Assembly (NCBI GenBank): GCA_965202585.1
Contig: OZ241826.1
Coordinates: 27,962,001-28,026,000, forward strand
DNA: 64,000 bases
Direction: 5' to 3'
From: Thalia democratica
Taxonomy: Eukaryota
In this document: positions 11,938 to 24,169 of the stretch, one piece after another
Layout of the letters: the number at the start of each line of letters is the position of its first letter
Numbering within the stretch: the first letter of the stretch is position 1
Notes under the pieces: model-generated
What the model was told of the DNA's origin: nothing
The model's database searches: none
Seen by the model: the letters and a program-made list of their open reading frames with translations, nothing else
Made by a program: the position numbers and the translations under genes

Positions 11938-12550
11938 TGTAACAAAACATGCATTTGTTGTTTTTTAAATATCCGCAAGGGGCGTTAGACGATTTTTTTA
12001 TTAAATCAACACACAATAAAGTTTCAATAATGTTTGTTATTGCGTTCAGTTAAGCCATAAGACCGTGCGAGAGGCACACGAATTGATTATAAGAACTTTT
12101 TTATTATTTTCATTTAATAATATCTTGATGTTTATTTGTATTATCGTATTATATTGTGCTTAGTTTAGCCATCGTTGTGGCACGACATATATTAACTCTG
12201 TATTATTAGTAGTATTTTAGTAAAACTTATTTTTTGTTTAAGATTGTGACGTTCAGACACTTTTAGAATATTATTAAGACATTTTAATTTGTAGAATTTG
12301 GTGTTTACTTGTTGTGTTTATATTCGCAGTTTTATTCTACTGATAAATTGGCTGCTTTGTCATTCTCCTTTCTAGTTATCATACTAATATCACATATTCA
12401 ATAAACTCATTTCATTGAAGAAATTATTTATATTAACCTTATTACATATATATTGATTACTAAGTTAAACTTAATAAGTAAGGTTTATTGTGTAAAAGCC
12501 TTAAGAGCTAAACGTGTAAAGCATTTAGCACAAAAAAAGGGACTTCTCCC
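11938..12550 (+). mobile_element. Diverged, truncated solo LTR of the 26105-31317 family
   Basis: Reverse complement of the LTR as written on the + strand at 26105-26725. Begins tgtaacaaaacat, contains ggggcgttagacgat, cagttaagccataagaccgtgcgagag and atattcgcagttttatt, and ends agcacaaaaaaagggacttctccc. About the last 45 bp are missing. Confidence 0.82.
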
Positions 12551-14900
12551 AAAAAATGCAAATACTTAAAAATATAATCATTCATGTACAATATAAAAGT
12601 ATCAAGTTTTAGAAACTTTTTACATGTTATTGAAACCTTAAAACACAATTTAAATTAAAAAAACTATATTTTGAGAAGATATAAATTGGAAAAAGAATTA
12701 ACTTCTTAAACTTTAATGTATAAAAAAAATACTTATGTGAACATAACAATCTTAAACACAATTCATTAAACAATTAATTGAACAATTTGAATATATATTC
12801 TGTAACTACATGTTTACTGTAGCAAGCCGTAGCTAGAATGATCTCCTCTACAACTGCTGAGTATTTATATATGACTGTAGTATGCAAGTATAATCTTGCA
12901 TCAGTAAAACATGCAACTTTGCGAGCTTTCTCTTAAACGCTTGGATGAACAAGAACTTTAACTCAAAATTTTCCTACAATTTAGACATTTATTTCATATC
13001 CTCTTACACTTTTTCAAATTTTTTTGAACAAAAATCTTCACTCTAATCCTTCTCTACCGTTTTTTGGAAGTTTAACTCTATCCTTTCTTCATAACAAGAA
13101 AAAACATAGCACATACAAAATATAACTTGGTCTAATTAATTTTATTTAATTTGTTTTACATTTAATTTCTATCAGATTATAAAAGAACTCTAAAAAATGT
13201 TTAACAAATAGTTATTTAGTTCTAAAAAGTATTTATTTTTAGTAATTAAACATTTTTTATATTTGGTTTTACCAGAATTTTAACAAATCACTTTAACTTC
13301 AAAAGTAATATTAAATATGTGTTTAAATTTAACCTACTATAAATATTGCAGCATTTGAAAACAGAAAAATAATATAAACACAAAAACAATCATTGTCATG
13401 CCTATCAAACAAATGTCATGCCTATCTCCTGTAATAAAAATACATAAAATATTCAGCATGTTACTGGTCTTTGCTGTCTTAGTTACTAATAAATTCAAAG
13501 GTTTAAAAGCCTTACATAAACTTAATATTACTCATTTTGATTATAATTGGTCACAACTTTTTGTGAGTTGTTTGTACTTATACATTGTCAGTATCCTTTA
13601 AGTTTATTAAACTGACATTCTATTAGTTATTTTTTAACTTTGTGGACTATAAACTTGTCAGATGTAATTTTATTTGGTGGAATAAAATTTATCAATTTTG
13701 GTTGGCTAAGTTTTGTCAGTTTTATTTTGACTTTGTTGACTTAGAGTTAGTTATCAACTTTCTGTTATTAATTTATACCCCTATGATACTTTATTTAGTA
13801 TAACCCTCTATTGCCTGTTAGTTTTAGTTCTTTCTGGTTATGGTTTTATCTCAAGGGCTTTTTTAAAAGGGCAGAAAAAAGATGTGTAGTATTGCTTCTT
13901 AAAAAAAAAAGCAGGTTTTACTGTAAAATTTGTTTTTTTTACTGTTAAAAAAATTCACTATGAAACTAAAATGGCAAACAAATAAAAAATGTCTTATAAA
14001 AGTGTGATAAATGCTGCCTTAAAATAAAAAGTAATATACAAGTAAAATATGTTTTGGCAAAATACTGTCTAGGCGTAGCTATTACCTAAAAGACTGGTGA
14101 TTCTTTACCTGAAGAACGCCAAATGTGGCCGAAATGTTATGTGGGTTACCTAAGACAGTCGTATGGTTAAAGTATACTTTAAACTTATACTACACCCATA
14201 AAAAAATATATACTATCCCCACTAACACTGAATCTAAAAAATACTTGAGGCACTCTATATTAAGCTAGACATGACAATGAATTAACATATAATAGAAAAG
14301 AAAAGTTGCAAAAACTAGCAAGTATAAGGACCATGTACAATATAAAAAACCTTATATTTTAGAAACTATTTTCATATTATAAAAACCTTCAATAACAAAT
14401 ATAATTAGAAAAATCTATACTTTTAGAAAATTATAACTAAAGAGTAAGAAAAAACTGCTTGAACTTAAAATTATAAAACATACTTATGAAAAGGAAACAT
14501 TCTTGAACAAAAAACTCACAAAAAAAAATTATTAAGAAGTATAAATGTTTATTCTGTAACTACATGTTTACTGCAGCAAGCCGTAGCTAAAATGATCTCC
14601 TCTCAAGCTTATGAGTATTTATATATTGCGCGGGCTTTCTCTCAAACGCTTGGATGAACAAGAACTTTAACTCGAGTGTTTAAGTTTTAAGGAAAATTTA
14701 AGTTTAAATTCTTGTTCATCCAAGCGTTTAAGAGAAAGCTCGAAAGGTCACGTGTTCAGTTTGATAGGCTGTAACCCATCTATATAACTCAGTACTTCTA
14801 TTACAAAATTTTTGCATAGGCATACTTAAAAATAAAAAGTTGAAAATATTCTGAAGTTAATTTGAAATAGTTATCTATAGAAAATAATGAGAAGAACAAT
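12550..14900. repeat. Inverted duplicate of ~47400-49660
   Basis: For example tgtaactacatgtttactgtagcaagccgtagctagaatgatctcctctacaactg (~12800) vs its reverse complement at ~49370-49420, and gaatcaccagtcttttaggt (~48262) vs acctaaaagactggtgattc (~14084). Confidence 0.8.
12790..13100 (+). repeat. Unidentified dispersed repeat, core ttctcttaaacgcttggatgaacaaga (about 10 copies)
   Basis: Core seen at ~12930(+), 14640(+), 14720(-), 18740(-), 40910(+), 43855(-), 47630(+), 47715(-), 49285(-) and 54230(-). Confidence 0.75.
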
Positions 14901-14997
14901 TCCAAACACTAGGAAATATACAAAAAAAAACATACTTCATAGTTTATATTTAATTGTATAAATTAAATTGAAAAATATTTACTTCGAACAAAAATAA

Positions 14998-15330
14998 CTG
15001 ATATCCGGATCCGGCCGGATCTTAATATGAAAAAAAAGTCCGGATCCGGCCAGATTCTAATTTGAAAAAAAGTCTGGATCGGTTCCTGCCGGATCCTAAT
15101 AGAGATCCGGCCGATTCGGATCTAGTTAGTAAAAAAGAGCATACAAAAAGTATTTTTTCAAAAACGTACCCTTTTTAACTTAAAAAGAATCATTTTCGTC
15201 AGTTAAAATTAAACACCTACCGTGATTGGCTCATTTTGAACTCGTGACTAGTTTACATTTGTTTACACTTATACTATGAAATAAACATTTTAGAAATGCA
15301 ACTTCACCTATGTTGTAAAATTAAAATCTT
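14998..15330 (+). mobile_element. 5'-truncated fragment of the same GGATCCGG element plus internal sequence
   Basis: ctgatatccggatccggccggatc...gatccggccgattcggatctag and the following AT-rich stretch are the reverse complement of ~41080-41410. Confidence 0.7.
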
Positions 15331-15700
15331 TATTACCAAATTGTTAGGCTAGTTTAAAGATTTTTAAAAAACTCAGGCTAGTTTTTTTTTAGATTCTTAA
15401 TGAGTTTAAGCTGATCCAGTTTTCAATATTTTTTGATTTTCTAGTTAATTTTGGTCAAGAACTTGATTTTAATTGATTTTAGATTGGTAAGGCTATAGGG
15501 GGGGTCCTCCTTGATTTTTACAAGTTGATCTTATTTAATAGATTTTAATCTTAGCTACTAGATATTGTTTCTGTGATGTACTTTATCTTTCTATCAATTT
15601 TTTTTATACTAAATTTTAAGTTATTCATAGTTTTTTTTTAGCTTTTATAGAGATGAAATTTTGAAACTACAAATGTAAGCTTTACTTTCTATGTGAAAAC

Positions 15701-15881
15701 TAGTGATGTACCAGACTCAATATCCGGATCCAGATCCGACCGGATATTGCCATTTTTGTCTGATATCCGGATCCTAAAGTTAAAAAAAATCCGGAACCGG
15801 TTCCGGCCGGATTCTAATTTGAAACAAAAGTCCGGATCCGGGTCCGACCGGACCCGAAATTGTGAGTCCGGTACATCACTA
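15701..15881. mobile_element. hAT-like non-autonomous element with TAGTGATGTACC(G/A)GACTC TIRs and GGATCCGG subterminal repeats
   Basis: TIRs tagtgatgtaccagactca / tgagtccggtacatcacta, with many ccggatccgg motifs inside. Followed by atacgaac, the same 8-mer that precedes the left TIR in the copies at 51147 and 41475. Confidence 0.75.
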
Positions 15882-16176
15882 ATACGAACAGTTCAGACGA
15901 TTGTAAAATAATTTATAAATTAGTTACGACTATAAGAAAGAAATGCATATTAGACTATAATTTAAACAACAGGTGTGAAAATTATTTTTTCTAAAATATA
16001 TTTTAAGTAATATGAGTAATGGCATGTACTTGAAAAAAGCAAAATTAGATGTTTTTTAAGGAACAATTCAGATTGTTTTAATATTTTCGATACATTAGTT
16101 ACAGAAAGAGTAGTATTAAACTGTTCATATTATAACAGATCTGCAAAATTTTAAAATTTTTAAAAACGCTAAAACA

Positions 16177-16404
16177 CATTTTCAGTTTGATTTCTCAGAC
16201 ATTTAACCACAAATCCAGAATTTTTCTTTGCAATGTATCCACCTATTAATTCAAGTTACCCAAAATTATACAAAATCCAGTGAATAATAAGACAATGTGG
16301 TTTTATTTGATTTTGTATAATTCAAGGTAACATAAATTAGTTATTGTATGCAGTGCAAGAAACATTTCTTGATTTGTGGTTGTCTGAGCATCAAACTAAA
16401 AATG
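16177..16404. repeat. Foldback/MITE-like imperfect palindrome (~230 bp)
   Basis: cattttcagtttgatttctcagacatttaaccacaaatc pairs with gatttgtggttgtctgagcatcaaactaaaaatg. Inner arms aattatacaaaatc / gattttgtataatt also pair. Confidence 0.7.
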
Positions 16405-19210
16405 AATTTAGTTATTTTTAAAAAATCTTAAGAAGTTTTTTATTAAAATTTATAAGAATAATTATTCCTAAAATGAAAGAAAATATTCCATTTTATTTCA
16501 ATAAATTATTTTATGCTCACAAAAGGTCTAAATTAAAAGCCAATATTTACTATAGTAACAAAAATATTGTAATCCCCTCATGTATGGCCTCAACTATATT
16601 CAAATAATATTATAAGTTTAATAACCAAGAAAAGCAGGATAAACGAGATTTAAAGTCAATCTTAAAAAGTTTAAAACACCCAAGCAATAAAAATTATCAT
16701 TTCCATATGTTTGTCTGTAATGAACCTGCTGCGTTTACCTGCATTTCATATTTTGAAGATTTATATGCAGTTTTTGTAAATAAAATATTTATACTTAAGT
16801 TTGTGTAATCAAGCGCAATAAATCTCTCTAGTTACATTTGTTATTTTGATTGTGGTTTATAAGACATAGCAACTGAGAATTATACCTATATTATTGACTT
16901 AAAACTGCACAAAAAACTTATTAATGAAGTTTTATTGTTCAAGTAAAAGAAAATTATTAACGAAACATGATTTGAAATCTACGCTAGATACTTTAGATGA
17001 CGATGAGAAAAAAGTCTTGGAAATTTTTATTAGCAGCTTTTTAAGAAACCTTGATAGAAGAGCCATATATTTTTTTAATTTTTTCAAAGGAGCACTTTTG
17101 ACGAAATGTTCGGGAAACCCTGATTTAGATATTTTTTACTGTAATTATTACATCTTTTAGTGAAGAAGCAATAATTACATTTACCTTCTGCTGTTTTCTA
17201 AAGCCTTTAAAGTTTAACTATAACCAAAAGTAATAGAGAGTTATGAAGCCAACATGTATCGAAGGTTAATTTGAACAAAGTACCTTAGGGAGAAAAAATG
17301 AGTTTAAAAAGTGTTAACAGAGTTTTAGTCCTAATAAGTAACCTTTAGTTGGTGAAAAGTTTTAAGCTCTTAAAGTCGAAATAAAGCTGACAAATTTTAT
17401 ACTACAAAATTAAACTAGAACTGTCGTAACTTAAATCAAAAGAGTCAGAATTGAAATGTTAACTTTTAATTTCACTACGTCTAAGTATTACTAACAAAGT
17501 TTATGTCCAAAGAGCTAAAAAAGAACTGACAAATTTAAAGTCAACAGAAACAAAAAAGAACTTAAACAATTTTATACCATAAGTCACTGTAGAACATGTA
17601 AAAAAATAATAAAATAGAATAAACAAAATAGTAGTCTAATCAATTAACACAAGTATTGAAAATGTATAAGTTACAAGTAATCACAAAAAATGGTGACCAT
17701 TTTTAAGTCAAAGTTAGTCATATTAAATTTATGCAAGGTACTTAAATCTTAATAGCATAATAAAAACGATAAAAGTTATTAGTTGATAAGACAGCAATAA
17801 CAAGTAACACCCTAAGATATTCAGGAATTTCTGTCAAGGAAGTTAGCATGAAATTTAAATGTTATTGTTTTGTGTTTTTTATACTTATCTGTTGCAAATG
17901 CTGCAATGTTTATAGTAGGTTGTAACACACATTTGATACTATTTTTGAATTTAAAATAAAAATTTTATGTAAAAAGATAAGTTTTTCTGGTTAAACACAA
18001 TTAGTTTTTTTTTATTATCAACAAAAAAAAAATTAGAAATAAATTATAGCTAAATTTTTGAATTTTGTATACAATAAAATTTTTTTTGAATAACATTAGT
18101 CAATTTGATTTAGTCAGATTATAAGCAATCTTAATATTTTAAAATAATCCAGAACTGTGGAAGCAGAAAGAAATTGACTGTAAGATTTTCTTGTTATTTT
18201 AAAAGTGTCTTTGGTTAATTTTTTCACATACAAATTTCTTTGTTTGGTTTTGTAACAAAAAATGTTTGTTTTTTGTGTTAATAACTAATTGACATTTTTC
18301 ATTGACTTTGTTGATTGGTTATTTACAGAAATCTTATTAATTAAGCAGCTTTCTAAAGTTGTTATTACTACTTTAAAAACTAATGTTCTATTTCAAATTT
18401 CTGCAGTAAGTTTCTGAAGAATTGCGGTGAAAATACATTAAAACTTTTGTGGAAAAACATTGACTGTTCTTTATGAAGGTATACAGTATAGTAAACTTAT
18501 GTTTTTAATGTTAAAAAAAAAACATTAGTATTAGATTTTACCCCAAGTTATATTTTCATATGTGTTACTTTTTTTCCTTCTTTATAAAGGAAGGGTAGTG
18601 TTTATTTTCCAACAAAAAGGAAGAGGAGAAATAGAGTGATGATTCTCTTCAAAAAAAATGAAGAGGAAGTTGAACTCGAAATAAAATTTCATTTGATAAC
18701 TGTTTAAATTTAAAACTAGGTTTTTAAGCTGGAGCTCTTGTTCTTCCAAGCGTTTAAGTGAATGCTTGCAAGATCACGTGTTTTACTGATACAAGTTTGC
18801 ATTTGCATACAATAGCCATATATTAATATTGTTTTATTGTAGAGAAATCATTCTAGACACCCTAACTGCTGCTAAAACTTTGTTCAGTAAAAGTTTGTGT
18901 TTTTTTATTCAGAGTAATTTTTTTTTCTAAACAATATTGTTTTCTATATACAGTAAACGATTTATAATTTAATTATACATTTTAAAGTATCCTTATAAAT
19001 TTGATATAAATAAAATTTTTATACTCCAGTGAAAGTTAATTTCTAAAGTTTTTAATTTTCATAAATTTTTAAGTGTTTGTATCTGTTTTTGTGAAAGATA
19101 TGTTTATTTATGACATGCCAAGTTTTATATATAGTATCACTAATTAACTTTAGTATAGCTTTAAGTTTCATAAATTTAATATTCTATATATTGTAGTTAA
19201 TAGCGTGGGT

Positions 19211-20160
19211 CTGGGTTGCCATTTTGCCTGTAAAACTGGTAAAACCCGGAATTTTACAATTTAGGCAAAAAAAAATCTGGAATTTGAGAAATTTTGAAAA
19301 ATCCTTGAATTTTAACAATAATTACTGTAAAAGCCTTGAATTTTAACAATTTTGATGTTACTAAGTAGTAAATTTCGATTTGTCTCTGAAAATATAACAA
19401 ATAGATAAAAAGGTTTTGTCATCCTCAAGATTTTTTAAATATATTAAATGTAGCTTTAAAGTTTATTTTCAATGTATTTTTTTTATTTAACACAGTTTCT
19501 TACCTTAAACTTAACTTTTAAAAAAAAAACCCAAAATGTGTACTTTTAGAGTCTTCGAAAAGTTTGGAAAACCTGGAAAAATTGCGACAGGGTTGCTACA
19601 ACGTCAGGAAATAAAGGAAAGTCAGGGAAAAATAGGGGGTTTTGAAGAAAATTCTGGAAAAGTCCGGAGTATTGAAAAAAAATTTTAAAAGTCTGATTTT
19701 GTCAGTTTAAATTTACAAAATTCCAAATTTTTTAAAGCCTTCAAGTGGTAATAAAATAGTTAAAAATCCTTTAAAGTAAGATTTAAGTTTCAAATTTTTC
19801 CTAGAAATTGACAAATTTTTTTAGTTCTCATTACACTCATTAGGTATAAATTAATAAAATATCCTTTATTTAATTATCATTATATTATAATTAATATTGT
19901 TATTAAATATCCTAAAATTGTTATTTTTACCTGTATTAAAAAAACATTAAAAGCTTCATATTATTTCAAGTGTTAGATTATGTATTTTAGAATAAGTTTG
20001 AATTAAGAGTATCATTTAGAAAAGTCATGAAATGTCAGGAAGAAATGGAGGTTTTGAAAAAAAGTCAAGAAATGTCAAAAAAATTGACAAAAATAAAAGA
20101 AAGTCAGAATTTATTATTATAAATTTACAAAATTCTTTACTTTACAAATCCTTCAAATAG
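19211..20160 (+). mobile_element. Internally deleted copy of the CAGGGTTGCCA composite (also at 54702-55650)
   Basis: ctgggttgccattttgcctg at 19211, cagggttgctacaacgtcagg at ~19589, and repeated aaagtcagg motifs. Confidence 0.6.
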
Positions 20161-21677
20161 TAATACAACAATAAATAGTAATAGTGAATTAACTATACAA
20201 ATAAACTGTGAGCTGAGATTACTGTTTAAGTAAACTTATAATAAAAAATATATTTTTAAAGTAAACATAAAAGTATGTACTTTTTTTACATAACTTCAAA
20301 TGTTTTCTGCTTCTTTTAAATAATTTTTTAGGCTTAAATGTAATTTTAAGCTAAGGATTTTTTTACTCGATAAATGCGTAGTGTCTAGTGTTACATTATG
20401 TTATTTTTGTTTTATAACTTACAACAAATAAATTAAGTTTACTGAACAAATAATTTTTTGTGCATCATATCTTTGAACCAAACATTTTGAGCGTTTTTAT
20501 TTGTATTTCAAAAAATTTTGTATGATTGTATTAACTTTTTTAAATTTTTTTATGTTATATAATACTATATAAATTTTTTTTTTATGTTATTTAAAAATAT
20601 ATAATAGTTAAATATAAACTTGACTAAGTATTTCAATCAAAATATTATGTGAAAAATTAAAATTAAAAAATTTAACACTATATACTAATAATACTTAAAA
20701 TCCTTCAGCTCACAACAATTTTACTTTTAACTCATTAAAAAACATTGTGAGCTGTTTTCCTAATGTTTTCATGTTTGCTACAAATATTGTTTTTCTCGTT
20801 TTATGAATTAAATCTAACTTGCATTTTAAATTGTAATTTTCAAATATTTTCCACTGAATTTTTTTTAAGTTATAGGATTAAACTGTATTTTAATTTTTAT
20901 GTTGTTAGAAAAGGTTTTCGGAACATCGTGAATAATATTTTTAAAGTAAACAGAAAACTATACTAACTTTCTTTTCATTCATTTTATTAGTTGTTTTATT
21001 TTTTTGATTTCAAAGTTCTAGTTTATACAATAATAGGTTTTATTTACTCGTAAGAAATTTTAAAAGCATGTGGTCGGATAACAAAATTTACAAGTTTTTT
21101 TAGTTTTATTATCACTCTTACTACTAACCCTTACCCTTGATTGGTAACGTTGTTTTTTTTATAAACAAATAATAATTATTTTTTTAATTAGTTTCATTTC
21201 TACTTCCGTGCAAAAATTACTTTTCGTACAGAAGTGTCTTAGTGCAAAATTGTCCCATCGTGCATATTTGACCCGTTTCCCCTTAGATCAAACACTTAAT
21301 GTAATTTTTTATCATTTTAAAAACATTATATAAATATAAAAGCAATAAGTAAGTTTAGTATTAAAAGCATTGTCTGTACATTAACTAATTACTTGGTTAG
21401 AAAAAATGAACTATTTACATGAGTTAGATAGATTTACATTTAAGTGTAAAAAGCAGTCAAAAAATATTTATACACAGTTCTTCTAGAATCCAAACTATTT
21501 ATAGTGGTTTTAGAAGTTTAAAATTATTTTATACCTATCTGAGATAAGTATTTATATATATATTAATTTTTGTTATTACTGTGTATTCGTTTATATAACA
21601 TTACTTACATATAACAAGAAAAAATTAGAAAGTTTTTTAAAACTAGAATTTATTACAGATTATTTAGTAAAAACATC

Positions 21678-23392
21678 ATGTACTCAAACGAAGAATGTTT
21701 AGATAAGACAATCTCGCAGTTTCCTGGTCCTCAGAACTATTTGCGCCATCTGTGCGAAAAAGAAAAGCAAATGACAAGTTTTAAAATCGAAGAAATGGTT
21801 AAATATTTTGAAACGGAAAAAGAAGAATTGGTGGAAGCAGCTGTCGATTTGTTTGAATGCGGATCTTCGGCTTTAAAAAAAGCTCTTTCAAAGGATTCCA
21901 AGCACGAGCTTCAACTGTTAGAAAGCGACGATCCGGATTACGATCTGTTGAAAGCATCTCTCGGTTTGAGTCAATTGAAAAAGTACTCAAATGAAAACGT
22001 CGCTCTTAGGATTTACAGGGTCAAATCAAATGTTGAACGTTGCGGATGTCCGAGCTTGCTGCTTCTGCATGGCACCAAAGGGAACAACGTCGAGGGAATC
22101 TTGAGAGAAGGACTGAGGCCTTCGTCGTCCGGCAAACATGGCCCCGGCATTTATTTGACAAACAGCTTTAAAATTGCTCACAATTACGGTCAAAACTACG
22201 TGGAAGATGATGGGATCGTAAAAGATTTGACGTACTTGTTTGTTAGCAAAGTGAAAGAGACGCTTGAAAGTTCAAGTTGTCTTTGTGGAGAGTGTAAAGA
22301 AGATCAGTATATTACTCACAAATCGTTATTCGGTAAGAAGACAACTTCAACTAAGTTTATAAACTCGTCGTTTCTCAATCTTGACTCCAGTTTGAGTTAC
22401 GAGCCCGTTTTAAAAGTTTTTGATGGAAATTTGCATTCCAACAAACAAGTTCAATTGGAAGACTTTCAAGCCCGAGAGTTTGACAACGACGGAAGCAGAA
22501 TTCTTTCGGGCACTTTTCAAGTAAGTGAAGTCGATAAAAAAATATTTGTGGCTCACCACGATCTAGTAACTCTCGAATACTTTATAGAAATCGAAGTAAA
22601 ACAAAGTGCACGCAAGCTTGCGAAACATATTTTGTACGACGAACTCTGCCAGTTTAAGTTTTCAATAGACCCGCAAATTTCAGATCTGCCAAAAGACACG
22701 TTGATCGAAAACAGTCATGTCAGTTCTGAAGACTGCTCCATGAACGCTTTTGTTGCTGAGCTCAAAAAAGAAATAAGCGCCAATAAGCAGGCAGAAGTTG
22801 AATATGCAAAGCATCAGTTTGAACGCAAAGTGAACTCATTCATGCAGCAACTGTTGTTTAAAACGAGCAGCATATCGGAAACCAATAGTTGCCTTAAGTA
22901 CAAAGCGGAGCTGCTGCAAGCTTCAGATCCAGATCACCAGTTTGTGCTCGGGTCGATTACCGGAATGAGCCCGAACGCGGCAATCCAGAAAATTTTCAGG
23001 ATCAACCCAGTCGACGAAAGCAAAAAGATGCACGGAGGCTTGCTCTACCTACGGTTTTCAAATCCCACGACGTGCCAAAAGTTCTGGCAAGAGGCTACCA
23101 GGCAAGCGACGAGGATGTGTTCGAACAATGCGAATGTGGACCCAGCTGCTATTCTAGCTACGCATCCGACGTCTTGAAATGTGAACTTTTACTTGGGTTA
23201 AGCCACTGCGTCACGAACGGACAGGTCGAAAAGCTGTCGTTTGTCTTAGTGGTTAGGGATGGAAAACGCGCAGACAATGTAGCTTTTCTCAACTCTGACA
23301 CTAGAGGGTGCTGTTTTAAAACCGGGTTGCAAATAATACATCAGCCGATTGGCCTTATTCCGGCTTATTTAGTTGTTTTTAGCGTTCAATAG
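21678..23392 (+). pseudogene. PARP-like copy 3: 499-aa ORF (21678-23177) with intact first ART domain; 1-nt deletion truncates the second domain
   Basis: ORF 21678-23177 matches copy 1 up to GGLLYLR. At ~23055 cggttttcaaatcc lacks one base relative to cggggagtcaagtcc of copy 4. The homologous C-terminus continues in the 23072-23392 frame. Could still be an expressed truncated gene. Confidence 0.85.
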
Positions 23393-24169
23393 ACTTTTTA
23401 TAAATTATCTTAACACAATTAAAACGACAGCAATTTTCGGTTAAACATTTAAAAGTAACTGTTGTTTTAAGTATTTAGAAAGTTCTATACGTTATTTTTA
23501 TACAGTTTTTTTTTTAATAAACAGTAATTTAAAATAATAACTAACATGATATTTTCTTAAATTCTCAGGTTTGTTTGAAAAAGATGAAAGTACATTTACT
23601 TCCTAACTAACAAATTTTCGATAGGTTTTACAGGTTTATCATTTAACCAATCAGCTAACTTGATTGATTATAGCTATGGTAGATTTGTAACAAAAAACTT
23701 TACTGTTGTCTTTCTATTGTAGACACGATTAACTAAAACATTGGCTAAAGTCTTGAGAGCCTAAGCCTGGACTTTTTTATGCCGTAAGTTGCTAAAGTTT
23801 TTCAATAAGGAAATTATAACTGACAAGTTGGCCATGTCTCATAATTTTTATTAAATAACACCCGTGATAAGTTTTAACATTGCTGTGAGGTTGTATTACT
23901 ATCGAAATAGTAAAACACTTCTTTTAGTTTAACTTTGTTAGTAAATGTTTGTACATATATGAGTTGTGTTAAAACTGTTAATTATATAAAATTTTGTAAT
24001 ATTGTTTAACAGTTAAAAACCAATAATCTCAAATTCCTCCCTTTTCAACAATATTATTGCTTATTGAACGACAAAAAACGCTCAAAAAGTATGGTCCGAT
24101 GATCTGATGCATAAAAATCCTTTCAATTATCGAGTTATACACGAAAAATTCATGTCCAGGACAGATTAT

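Noticed and set aside
12800-12860. tRNA or tRNA-derived SINE head in the dispersed repeat (gccgtagctagaatg)
   Set aside because: No convincing B box or cloverleaf.
14998-15881. GGATCCGG repeats as a CRISPR array or coding ORF (15693, 41239 and 51105 ORFs)
   Set aside because: Irregular spacing, no unique spacers and no cas genes. Bounded by TIRs, so these are subterminal repeats of a DNA element; the ORFs are low-complexity by-products.
20763-20966. 67-aa ORF duplicated at 56253
   Set aside because: F/L/I/N/K-rich translation typical of AT-rich non-coding DNA; conserved only because of the recent duplication.
21120-21140. ctaacccttaccct as an interstitial telomere
   Set aside because: Only about two degenerate units, lying inside a small insertion.
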